From: a virus
Lineage: Duplodnaviria; Caudoviricetes
IMG/VR virus record: IMGVR_UViG_3300020369_000005
Location: 1 to 46,522 of that record
DNA length: 46,522 nucleotides
Reading direction: 5' to 3' (one strand)
Shown here: positions 33,658 through 42,591 of the stretch, in pieces
Layout: each line of letters begins with the position of its first letter
Position numbering within the stretch: the stretch's first letter is position 1
Translations under genes and position numbers: made by a program
The notes under the pieces: model-generated
Told to the model about the DNA's origin: nothing
Databases searched by the model: none
The model's input: the letters and a program-made list of their open reading frames with translations, nothing else

Positions 33658-35901
33658 TTATATGGGTTGTTCTATTAGCTCTTGCATATCAATGGCAATG
33701 CGATTGCGGTTTGACTCGTACCATTGTTCAAAGCCGTGTGTGTCCATTGCGCTAATATTAAAGTTAGGTGCGATAGTGGGGGCACCTTGGCTTTGATTTT
33801 GATTGGCCATCATGGCGTACATTTCATCTATGCGCTGGGCACTTTGATTAGTGTAAACACGCTCGCCTTTATCAAGTAGCCATGTGCCTTCGTTTGGTAT
33901 GGCATCAATACCGCTGTGCGCCATACCGGCCATGCCTGCTGAAATACCGCCAATCGCGGTGGCCATAGGTTGCGCGACGGCCAACGCGGCGCCCATTGCG
34001 CCAGGTGCTAAAATAGGCCCCACCATTGGGATTGCGGCAGTGGCGGCAAATGCGTTTAAACCTGCCGTTAGCGCCATAGCTTGGGCACTGGTTGCCATAG
34101 TTGTACCGGCGCTAACTGCCGAGGTTTTATTAAGCAGTTTTTCAACGGCCCACAATGCCAAACGCTTTGCGCCCATTTCAGCAAGGGCGGCAATGGTTGA
34201 TTTAACCACGCCTTGCATTACGCTTTTCATTGAGTCGCTAAAGCTTTGCTGGGTCATTACTGCATTAGCCACCGACTCACCTATGCCTTGGGTAAAGCGG
34301 TCAAAGGTATTGCCCCACATAGCATCAAAGTCGGTGCTGGTTTGGGCCGCTTGCGCGCGCAACTGCTCTAAAAAGGTTTGGTTTTGCTCTGTTCGCTGGG
34401 CGTTAAATTCTTCGTTGGCTTGCAGCGACAGCATGCGGTATTCATCTTCGGTTATTTTTTTAGCTTCAAGGGCTAATCGCCATTCTTCTAATTGCACACC
34501 GAGTTGTGCGCGTTCTTCGCTCCAATCGTTTTCGCGCATGAGCTTTTTAACAGCAAAGTATTCTTGTGCTTGCTCTATTTGCGCTTGGTATGGATTGGTT
34601 TGTTCTTCGTTTGTTGGTGTGCCCCCTTCGCTACCTTGAGCAACCGGCGGGTTGTAATTGAGTGTGCTTACGTATGTTTGCGCGAGCGCCTCAAAACGGG
34701 CTTTGGCGTCGGCATACCACTGCTCTAAATTATCTGACGGGATAGGCTCCATCATTAAATTATGTAAGGCGGTGGTTGATTGCTGCGCGGCTTTGTACGC
34801 GGCGGCGGTTTCGTCTTTGTCGAATAATTGCGGGGCGTCAAAGTTACTTAACGAGGCTAAGCTTTGTGCCATTTTTGCGGCGTCGTCGTTAAAAAACCCA
34901 GCGGCATCGAGCGCTTGCTGAATTGGGTAAACAACGGTTTTTATAATGTGTTGGCCCAATGACGTCATGCCGCTAAGCATGGCGTTTGCCCCTTCCATTA
35001 CCAGTAAACGCAGGCCGTTAAAGCTTACTTTTAAGCTTTGCCAAATTACTTGTATACCGCGCCAGGCATTACCGACAAACCCCGCACCTTTTACCATGGT
35101 GCCGACTGCATCTGCGGCATAGCGGCCCATGCCACCGGCTTGTTTAGCGTTTTCTAAAAACAAATCAGCGAGCGAGCCGATCACGGGCGCGGCCTCCGTG
35201 GCGAGGTTTTGGCTAAAACTGCTGAATACGGATTCGGCGCGGGTAATTGAATCGTTGGCTATTTCAACTTTGTTGGCGTCGATACGATCTAGGCTTATGC
35301 CAAGGGCTTTGGCTTCATCTTGCATGGCAGCAAGGCCCGCGCTCCCCCCTTCTAGCACTTTAAGCATGCCAATACCTGACTTGCCAAACAGTTCGTACGC
35401 TATGCGGGTGCGCTCGGATTGGCTTTCTATGCCGACAAGGGCGTCGGCCATGACGCCTAATTGCTGGTCAGGCTTTAATTTATTTAGGTCTTGGGCGTTT
35501 ATTTGTAACGCTTTTAGGGTGTCGGCCAGTGGGCCGGTGCCTTTAAAGGCGGCATCGGCTGTGCGGCGCGTCATGTTTTCTAAGCTTTTATCAAGCTCTT
35601 TATTGGTAACACCTGATAACGCGGCGGCGTGGCGCAATTCAGTTAATGCGCTGGTTTGTATGCCGATACTGTCGGCAAACTTGGCGGTTTGATCAATCGC
35701 GGCCGCTTGTTGTTTATAAATACCCAGCAATGCACCCACCACAACGCCACCGGCGAGCACACCCGCTTTAGCGTAGGTGTTCATATTACTGCGGGCATTT
35801 TTAGCAAAACTGCTTACACTTTTACCCGCTTTGGTTAGCTCTTTTCGTAACGTGGCGCTGTTACCGCCAATTTGTATATTTAAACTGGCTAATGTGCTCA
35901 T
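33658..35901 (-). CDS. Tail tape measure protein
   Basis: 747 aa, Ala-rich and helical; C-terminal GMAHSGID.IP.EGTWLL.KGERV. Confidence 0.92.
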   Translation of the reverse strand: MSTLASLNIQIGGNSATLRKELTKAGKSVSSFAKNARSNMNTYAKAGVLAGGVVVGALLGIYKQQAAAIDQTAKFADSIGIQTSALTELRHAAALSGVTNKELDKSLENMTRRTADAAFKGTGPLADTLKALQINAQDLNKLKPDQQLGVMADALVGIESQSERTRIAYELFGKSGIGMLKVLEGGSAGLAAMQDEAKALGISLDRIDANKVEIANDSITRAESVFSSFSQNLATEAAPVIGSLADLFLENAKQAGGMGRYAADAVGTMVKGAGFVGNAWRGIQVIWQSLKVSFNGLRLLVMEGANAMLSGMTSLGQHIIKTVVYPIQQALDAAGFFNDDAAKMAQSLASLSNFDAPQLFDKDETAAAYKAAQQSTTALHNLMMEPIPSDNLEQWYADAKARFEALAQTYVSTLNYNPPVAQGSEGGTPTNEEQTNPYQAQIEQAQEYFAVKKLMRENDWSEERAQLGVQLEEWRLALEAKKITEDEYRMLSLQANEEFNAQRTEQNQTFLEQLRAQAAQTSTDFDAMWGNTFDRFTQGIGESVANAVMTQQSFSDSMKSVMQGVVKSTIAALAEMGAKRLALWAVEKLLNKTSAVSAGTTMATSAQAMALTAGLNAFAATAAIPMVGPILAPGAMGAALAVAQPMATAIGGISAGMAGMAHSGIDAIPNEGTWLLDKGERVYTNQSAQRIDEMYAMMANQNQSQGAPTIAPNFNISAMDTHGFEQWYESNRNRIAIDMQELIEQPI

Positions 35902-36122
35902 GCTGGTTTAGCTCCCCACGCTTGAAGATATTGTGCTAGATCGTCGGGTGGTAACTCGACGGGTTTGTCTTTTTTAGGATTTGATTTATCTAGCTGCATT
36001 TTTTTAAATGCGTAGATTTCGGCTAGTTCGTGGTTATTAATTTGGCTTTTAAGCTCCGACGGGGTGCGCCCTAATTCCAATGCGAGCGAAATTAGGAAAC
36101 ACCGCCACCCATCGGCTTTTAG
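35898..36122 (-). CDS. Tail assembly chaperone C-terminal extension (gpT-like, -1 frame)
   Basis: The -1 frame is open from the slippery site: LKADGWRCFLISLALELGRTPSEL... Confidence 0.8.
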   Translation of the reverse strand, partial: LKADGWRCFLISLALELGRTPSELKSQINNHELAEIYAFKKMQLDKSNPKKDKPVELPPDDLAQYLQAWGAKPA

Positions 36123-36475
36123 TTTTTTGTTAGTTCGTCAATGTCGGCATCGGTTACATTGTTTAAACGCGAGGCCACGGCAAACATTTTATTGATTGGC
36201 GCGGCGGGCATGGCGCTAAGCTGCTCTAAATCATCCATGGTGAATAGCTTGTTGCCGTCGGCATCTTCGGCGCTTTTAATAACCATAACGGCTTTTACTG
36301 AAATATCGGTTTTCATTTTGCCATCGGTATTAACGATAATTTGTTCAAATTCTTCGTTTTCTTTGGCGGTAAGTGCTTTAATATGCACCTCACCAAAGCC
36401 ACTTAGTTCGACGGGTTCGCGGTGCAGCACACCCATTTTTGCAAAAAAGTTTGCTTTGTTAATTTGAGTTGGCAT
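36119..36475 (-). CDS. Tail assembly chaperone (gpG-like)
   Basis: Between tail tube and tape measure; ends ...TKN* on A-AAA-AAC. Confidence 0.85.
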   Translation of the reverse strand: MPTQINKANFFAKMGVLHREPVELSGFGEVHIKALTAKENEEFEQIIVNTDGKMKTDISVKAVMVIKSAEDADGNKLFTMDDLEQLSAMPAAPINKMFAVASRLNNVTDADIDELTKN

Positions 36476-36900
36476 TATGCGAGGCCCTCATCCGAGTTAA
36501 TGCCCATCTTTGCTTTAAAACGCAGGCCGCTTTCAGCTTCAAGTTCGTTCATTACAAACGAGGCCAGCACGGCTTTAAACGTCCATGTTGGGCCGTCTGT
36601 GCCTACGCGCAGTTTAAATTCACGCTCTAGGCCATCATCGGCAGCGGCTTTAAGCTCTAATTGGCCTGCATCAGTTGCATACCAGCGGCCGGTTAGCTCG
36701 CGTTCGCCTGCATCTTTTAGGGCCGATTTACCGTATTGCACTTGTAAGTCGCTTAGTACAGTGTCGGTGTTTAGCTTACCTTCACTGCCAATAGTGCCGC
36801 CAATGCTGTCGAATCCTTTAACAACGTTGGTTTCGCCTGCCTCGCCTGTTTTGGTAACTGAAAGCTGCGAACCTTCGGGAAATTTAACTGTATCGATCAT
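36475..36900 (-). CDS. Major tail (tube) protein
   Basis: D.T.L...LKDAGE...GQ..L..A.....REF....W.F.A.....; position in the tail operon. Confidence 0.8.
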   Translation of the reverse strand: MIDTVKFPEGSQLSVTKTGEAGETNVVKGFDSIGGTIGSEGKLNTDTVLSDLQVQYGKSALKDAGERELTGRWYATDAGQLELKAAADDGLEREFKLRVGTDGPTWTFKAVLASFVMNELEAESGLRFKAKMGINSDEGLA

Positions 36901-36903
36901 GGT

Positions 36904-37266
36904 TTATTCTCCGTAGTAAAAATTAAAGTCGATCATTTTGCGGTGTACGTTTGGGTGGCCGCTAAAGTCGGGTATGGTGTTTTGCTCTTTGATTAACGCG
37001 ATGTTGACGCCGCCAAACGAGCCTTTTACAAACTTAAGGTGTTGGCGCACCTGTTTGGCTAACGTGGCGGCGTCGGCTGACTGAATAGACACGGCGCTTA
37101 TTTGGTAGCGCGCGACGCGGTAGCCGGTGGCGTCGAGCGTGTCGTTTGGGGTGTCGGTAATTGGCACGTAACACAGTGCGGGTAATAACGCGGTGCTGGC
37201 TACTTCGCGTTCGAATACATTGTCGGTTACGTGGTTAAGTATTTCGGTTACGGCGGTGTCTATCAT
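36904..37266 (-). CDS. Tail terminator / completion protein (DUF3168-like)
   Basis: LP...Y..I, R.QI......A..LA..VR..L; position. Confidence 0.7.
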   Translation of the reverse strand: MIDTAVTEILNHVTDNVFEREVASTALLPALCYVPITDTPNDTLDATGYRVARYQISAVSIQSADAATLAKQVRQHLKFVKGSFGGVNIALIKEQNTIPDFSGHPNVHRKMIDFNFYYGE

Positions 37267-37772
37267 TTTGATTGCCTTTTTATTGCGCGCTCAATGTTTT
37301 TGGCAAGCTCTATTTTGGTAATGCTGATCACCAATGATTGATTACTAATAAGTGACGGCCGAACAAACGGCTGGCCTGCAATGCCTGGGTGCATTAAATT
37401 AGCTAAGCCTTTGGGGTTTAATATGTGCGGTTTTACGCCTGTTTCTAGCCAGTAGGCAATTAGCGGGGCGGGTAAGGCGCTGCCTGTGAGCCCTTGGGCT
37501 TTTTTGTTTGGGTAAACCCCCACGTACGCGGCGGCGTCGTAAATGCTGTGATTACCTTTTTTATTAAGCACGGTTTTTGTTTTTATTGATTCGCTTAAGT
37601 AGCCCGTTTGGCTGTTAAATTTAGCGTTTAAGTTGGCTTGCATATCTGCCTGCACGGGCTTAGCGGCTTTGCGTAATGCGCTGCGTAATACTTTGCCTTT
37701 GGTTGCGCCTGCCACTTTTGCTAGTTGCGCCTCTAACTCTTTTAGGCCAAGCACTTGACCGGTGATCTTCAT
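37263..37772 (-). CDS. HK97 gp10-like tail component
   Basis: GLKEL...L, TG.L..SI, LE.G, PFVRP motifs. Confidence 0.85.
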   Translation of the reverse strand: MKITGQVLGLKELEAQLAKVAGATKGKVLRSALRKAAKPVQADMQANLNAKFNSQTGYLSESIKTKTVLNKKGNHSIYDAAAYVGVYPNKKAQGLTGSALPAPLIAYWLETGVKPHILNPKGLANLMHPGIAGQPFVRPSLISNQSLVISITKIELAKNIERAIKRQSK

Positions 37773-38095
37773 TGGGCTGCCAGTTCTAAATCAAAAATAA
37801 GGGTGTGGTTTAGTAACTCCACGTTTGTTACGTCTTTTACTTCGTAACGTTGGGCGTTTATGTCGATGGCTTTAATGTTCATAAACGCGGGGCGGTAGTC
37901 GATAGCAAAGCTTACTTGGGCGGTGCTTATGTCGAGTGTTTGCTGATTGATTAAGCCGCCACGCTGCTTTTTATAACTGCCTTTTACTTGACCCACTTGG
38001 GTAAGCTGCTCTTTTTTTCCCGTTGGGGTGTTCACTAATGCCAGGCTAAATAACGTGGCGCGGGTTTTTTTTTGGCTGGCGGTTAATCTGTTCAT
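37769..38095 (-). CDS. Head closure / head-tail adaptor
   Basis: 108 aa beta-rich with IDYR and Y.V..V; position after the connector. Confidence 0.7.
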   Translation of the reverse strand: MNRLTASQKKTRATLFSLALVNTPTGKKEQLTQVGQVKGSYKKQRGGLINQQTLDISTAQVSFAIDYRPAFMNIKAIDINAQRYEVKDVTNVELLNHTLIFDLELAAQ

Positions 38096-38097
38096 GG

Positions 38098-38439
38098 TTA
38101 GCCTATATGCACGTATTTAAAGCCGCTTAGTAGGGCGTTAAATGCTGGGTTATCTTTTAAATTTTGCGCGGTGTCGGCCTCGCGGGTGCTGTATAGCGAG
38201 CTAAGCGCAAGCAAAGTGGCTTGCTGTAGCGTGGCTAGGTGCGTTTGCTTTAGGGTGTCGAGCGCAATGGCATTGGGGCTGCTTGCGGGTATTTCGCTTT
38301 GTGTTTGGTATATATCGCGCGCAATGGCATGCTCTACACGGCCAATTGAGGCGTTTATTAAGCCCTCTATGTGCTCGTTTTCTTCGTCGTCTAATACGCC
38401 AAGTTGGCTTTTAGCTTGCGCTAAGGTGATCAAATCCAT
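38098..38439 (-). CDS. Head-tail connector (gp6-like); likely start MDLITL at 38439
   Basis: ITL..AK..L....ED..I..LI.A...A.LL....LY..RE motif. Confidence 0.85.
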   Translation of the reverse strand: MDLITLAQAKSQLGVLDDEENEHIEGLINASIGRVEHAIARDIYQTQSEIPASSPNAIALDTLKQTHLATLQQATLLALSSLYSTREADTAQNLKDNPAFNALLSGFKYVHIG

Positions 38440-38498
38440 GGTTATTACCCATAAAAAAGCCCGCACATGGCGGGCTTTGGTGGCTGAGGAACACACTA

Positions 38499-38792
38499 TT
38501 ACTCTTTTTCGTATAGCTCTGCAGGGCTTGGAACAAGCGCCAGTATGGCGGCGGCTTTGTCGTTGCTAAAACTTGCAATGTCGCCATTGGCCCATGCTTT
38601 GTATGGGCCGTTAAATTTAAGCGTTACACTTTCTTGCTCTGGTGCGGCTTTTTCTGCCTCAGCTTGTGCGGCTTTTTCTGCCTCAGCTTGTGCGGCTTTG
38701 TCTGCCTCAGCTTGGGCGGCTTTTTCTGCCTCAGCTTGTGCGGCTTTGTCTGCCTCAGCTTGCGCGGCTTTTTTTTCGGCGGCTGTTGCCAT
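38499..38792 (-). CDS. Small head-associated protein with tandem AQAEA[D/E]KA repeats
   Basis: GGAG RBS before the ATG at 38792; five 24-nt tandem units at about 38642-38762; hairpins on both sides. Confidence 0.75.
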   Translation of the reverse strand: MATAAEKKAAQAEADKAAQAEAEKAAQAEADKAAQAEAEKAAQAEAEKAAPEQESVTLKFNGPYKAWANGDIASFSNDKAAAILALVPSPAELYEKE

Positions 38793-38856
38793 GGTGTTTA
38801 CTCCAAATTTACCCCGCACTTAGGCGGGGTATTTTTGTTTAAGGGCTAAGCGAGGC

Positions 38857-40137
38857 TTAGAATGAAATATCAGTACCCACAACCAAACCTTCAACATGGC
38901 GAAAGCCAATATCGTTTGATGTTACTAGGCGTAACACTGATTGGTTTGCAGAGTATGCCGAGATTAGATTGCCTGACGCGTCGTTGTACGTAGCCTCGCG
39001 GCTAAAGTCGATGGTCATGTTTTCACCTTCACCGATGATCACATCGTTAAAGTCGGCAAAGTAGATTTCAGAGAACTTAGAATCTGCGGCCCCTAAGTTA
39101 ACTGGTATGTTGGTTGTTTTGCCGATTGGGTAGCCTTTAAGCATACCTTGCGCCATTTCAGGGTAAACCTTATTGCCGTTACCATCGCGCAGGCCGTATA
39201 AGTACATGGCGGTACGCGGTGATAAACCCCAGCCAGGGCTAACCATGGCTGAATCGCTTTGTTCAAGCTCTAGCACTAGGCTGTCTAGGTACATATCAAC
39301 GACTAAAATGTCGGTTTTGTCGCCGGTAAATGCTTTGATACGGCCCGCATCTAAGGCAGTGGCGCGCATGCCTTTTGGTGTGTTGTTGGTGCCGTCGTCG
39401 CGAATAAATGCTTTATCTTGACGGGTGGCGGTTGCTGCGAGCATATCGCGTAAGAAAATACCCTCGACGTTACGACCCGCGCGGCCAATTAGTTCGTTAG
39501 AAATTGGCACGATGGTCATTTGTGTTTTAGCCGACAATTTAACGTCGTCTAATGTTTGGCTTTCGGCATTACGTGAGGCGTTTTCGGCCTTGTAGCCTGA
39601 AATTGCACCGCCTGTATGGCGTGGGATCGTTAAGTTACCATTGACTAATGGCACTGTGCTTGCGCCTAACATGCGCACTATGCTTTTAGGGCGTAGCAAT
39701 TCGATAAAATCGTTACTTAGGTTTTCAGGAATTAACGCGCCGCCTGAACCTTCGGCCGTTGAAACTGCCATTGCAACGTCGTTGTCGCCTAACTCCGTTT
39801 TAGCAAACTTAGCCGCGTCAGCTAAGTCGCCTTTAGCCGCCGCAATTGCCATACCAAAGCGCGCAATTTTTGCGCCAGGGTAATCGGCTGGGGCTGATTT
39901 AACATGAATAGCGGGTGCTGAGGCGCTAACCACTGGCGTTGCTTCTTCAATTGCTAGCGCTTCGGCCGCTTTGGCACGATTTAGGCGCGCTTCGTGTTCG
40001 CCAAGCTCAGTTGTTAGTTTGTCGAACTGCGTTAACTGCTCTGCAGTTAGTTGGCCTTCTTTTGCCTCAGTCGCGGCAAGATCTTTAATTTGTTGGCGAC
40101 GAGAGTTACACGCCTCAATTAACTGTTGGATAGTCAT
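38857..40137 (-). CDS. Major capsid protein (HK97 fold)
   Basis: Helical N-terminal delta domain; GGALIP, E...D.AF..DG...PKG, L.D.NG, L.GYP. Confidence 0.93.
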   Translation of the reverse strand: MTIQQLIEACNSRRQQIKDLAATEAKEGQLTAEQLTQFDKLTTELGEHEARLNRAKAAEALAIEEATPVVSASAPAIHVKSAPADYPGAKIARFGMAIAAAKGDLADAAKFAKTELGDNDVAMAVSTAEGSGGALIPENLSNDFIELLRPKSIVRMLGASTVPLVNGNLTIPRHTGGAISGYKAENASRNAESQTLDDVKLSAKTQMTIVPISNELIGRAGRNVEGIFLRDMLAATATRQDKAFIRDDGTNNTPKGMRATALDAGRIKAFTGDKTDILVVDMYLDSLVLELEQSDSAMVSPGWGLSPRTAMYLYGLRDGNGNKVYPEMAQGMLKGYPIGKTTNIPVNLGAADSKFSEIYFADFNDVIIGEGENMTIDFSREATYNDASGNLISAYSANQSVLRLVTSNDIGFRHVEGLVVGTDISF

Positions 40138-40217
40138 AGTTTTATTACCTTTTTTTGCTATAAAAAAAGGCCGCTTATGCGACCTTTGTGGTGAACTCTG
40201 CCGCGTGGCAGGGAATT

Positions 40218-41153
40218 TTAAATACTTTGTGTAAGTGCAATTGCGGCGGCTTGCGCTTGTATGCTGCGGCCGATTATTGGCGCGCTTGAACGTTGCACTG
40301 CGCTTTTTGCTATTTGGTTTATGGCGTCTTGCGGGGTGGCAAGGCGATCAGCGAGCTTTAAATCTATGGCGGCTTGACCGTCGTAGGTGTCGGCCTCGGT
40401 GGCTGTTACTTGTTCGGTGCTCATTTCGCGGTACTTAACAATGGCCCCTACAAATTTTTGATAGGTTAGCTCTATGTTTTTTTCGGTGTGGGCGCGTTCT
40501 TCGTCGCTCATTTCTACGTCGGGGTGAAAATACACCTTGGTTGCGCCACGGTGGAATGTATGTACTTTAAAACCGGCGTCGTCATATGCTTTGGTCATAT
40601 CAAGGCGCTTTTGATAGACGCCAATAGACCCGACACCGGCGGTGTCTGAAATAATAATTTCGGTACACGCGGCGGCAATTAAATATGCACCTGAGTAGGC
40701 GTTAAAATTAATAATGGCGCGTATTGGTTTAATGCTGCGCGCTTGGTAGATAAATTCGGCACATTCAAACGCGGCTTGGGCTGTACCGCCGCCGCTGTTT
40801 ATGTCGAGTACGATTTCTAGCACTGATTCGTCGTTAAGTGCTTTTTGTAGCTGGCTGCGCAGTAATTCGTAACTCATTACCTCTGCACATGTGTCTGTTA
40901 TGGTGCCGCGTCGCGGTACTAAGATGCCGTGTACAGGAATAACCACTAGGCGCTCGCCTTTTTCGGGATCGCCTAGCGGGATTGGGGCTACGTCTTGGGC
41001 GCTTATTTGCTCGTCGGTGCTGGTTTGGCCGTTGATTTGACCTAAAACACGCGGCGCTAAAAACGATTCGATTAGGTTTGCTAAGTGCGCGGTAGCTAAT
41101 AACGGCGTGTTAAAGGCCATTTCGGCAATGCGCGGGTAATTTATTTGCGGCAT
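40218..41153 (-). CDS. Prohead protease, S49 family
   Basis: VIPVHG.L, IVLDINSGGG, AYSGAY.IA, GVGSIGV. Confidence 0.92.
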   Translation of the reverse strand: MPQINYPRIAEMAFNTPLLATAHLANLIESFLAPRVLGQINGQTSTDEQISAQDVAPIPLGDPEKGERLVVIPVHGILVPRRGTITDTCAEVMSYELLRSQLQKALNDESVLEIVLDINSGGGTAQAAFECAEFIYQARSIKPIRAIINFNAYSGAYLIAAACTEIIISDTAGVGSIGVYQKRLDMTKAYDDAGFKVHTFHRGATKVYFHPDVEMSDEERAHTEKNIELTYQKFVGAIVKYREMSTEQVTATEADTYDGQAAIDLKLADRLATPQDAINQIAKSAVQRSSAPIIGRSIQAQAAAIALTQSI

Positions 41154-42406
41154 AGTATCTCAATCTCTTTTAGTTGCTCGGGTGTGGCGTGGTTTAGCTG
41201 CTCATGTATGCTTTGGTTTTTTGTATCGACCATGTTTAGCGGTGTTAGGTACACGTTGCCGCCCTCGACCGGCGGTAAGTTTTCTAGGCGGCGTATGTCG
41301 TTAAGTGATAACCAGCCCCATTGACGCGCGATTGCGTAGGCGTCGTAGCGGGTTTTTATGTCGCCACGTATTAAGCCGCTAAAGTTGAACTCGATAAAAT
41401 ACTTTTTACGCTCGTTTGGCTGCAGTAAGTCGCGGTGCATGGCGCTTTCCCAACGCCTGATCCACGGCATTAGGGCAAACGTTAAGTAATTTAGGGTGTT
41501 TTGCTCCACTGATTTATACGACTCGCCCGCCGTTTCGTTAAGTAGCGCAAGGGGTATGCCGTATAAGCGGCTTATGTCGGCCACTGATAATTTGCGCGAT
41601 TCGATTAACTGCGCTTGTTCGTGGGTCATGGCCATTTGTTTATAGTCCATGCCTTCTTGTAGCAGGCCAACGCCAAATTTATTACGTAAGCCAGTGTGGC
41701 GTTCTATAAACGAGCTAACTATATTGTTTATAGCGTCTTGCCCAATCGTACCCGAGTCTTTAGGGCGGGTAATTACACCACTTAATACGGCACCGTTACT
41801 GTGAGAACGTGAGGCGTGTTCGTCTACAGCTAACGCTAAACCGATTGTGTCGGTGTTGGTTTGCAGTGGTGATAACCCTTGGTAGCCGTCTGTGCTAAAC
41901 CCTTTTACGTGGTGTATGTCGCGCATGGTTAGCACTTTGTTATCCCATTCAGGGATTTTATAGTACGGCAGGCCGTCGCTGCCTTTTAATATGACCACTT
42001 TGTCGCGATGGATGGGGATCAACTCTTTGATTGAGTGGTTTTTATTTCGCTCAATTATGGCTAGGTGGTTGCCGTTTAACCCTAAGAACCCTTGGCCGCT
42101 TTCAAAGTATTCAAAGGCGCTATCTTTTTGGTTTGGCTGGTACTTAAGTAAGTCTGATAATGGGTGCTCGGGTGCTTTTGTGCGTTCTTCACCTTCGCGT
42201 TTATATACATCGCAAGGCATTTGGGCTATTGATTCAGCAAGTAACTTTACTGAGCGAGCAACGGCGGCTTGGCTTAGTGCGGTGTCTTGCGTGATCATTA
42301 CACCTGATTTTGATTGGCGCTGACTCCCAAAACCGACACCACCTGAAAAGTCGACGTTATTGCTACTGCCTGCGTTGGCTGGGGTAAAAAGTCCTGACGT
42401 AAACAT
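41141..42406 (-). CDS. Portal protein (HK97 family)
   Basis: V.LLA.SIA..P, LL..QPN, GLSP, GM.Y, I.R.YG.P, S..S.EQ, N..R..ENLPP..GG. Confidence 0.95.
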   Translation of the reverse strand: MFTSGLFTPANAGSSNNVDFSGGVGFGSQRQSKSGVMITQDTALSQAAVARSVKLLAESIAQMPCDVYKREGEERTKAPEHPLSDLLKYQPNQKDSAFEYFESGQGFLGLNGNHLAIIERNKNHSIKELIPIHRDKVVILKGSDGLPYYKIPEWDNKVLTMRDIHHVKGFSTDGYQGLSPLQTNTDTIGLALAVDEHASRSHSNGAVLSGVITRPKDSGTIGQDAINNIVSSFIERHTGLRNKFGVGLLQEGMDYKQMAMTHEQAQLIESRKLSVADISRLYGIPLALLNETAGESYKSVEQNTLNYLTFALMPWIRRWESAMHRDLLQPNERKKYFIEFNFSGLIRGDIKTRYDAYAIARQWGWLSLNDIRRLENLPPVEGGNVYLTPLNMVDTKNQSIHEQLNHATPEQLKEIEILCRK

Positions 42407-42591
42407 TATTTTTTACCCTTTGTTTTTTGGTGTTCGGCTATGGCGTTTGATCGGGCCATAAGTAATGACCAAATAATTAAAAATGTGCCTAAAGTTATGT
42501 AACCCATTGGCGGTATAAATAACCATGCACCGTAGGCCAGTAGGGCTATCCCTATTAACCCGATTAGGGCGCTTATTGTGTCTTTTAGCAT
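42406..42591 (-). CDS. Small two-TM protein between terL and portal
   Basis: Hydrophobic 61 aa, coupled to both neighbours. Confidence 0.65.
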   Translation of the reverse strand: MLKDTISALIGLIGIALLAYGAWLFIPPMGYITLGTFLIIWSLLMARSNAIAEHQKTKGKK

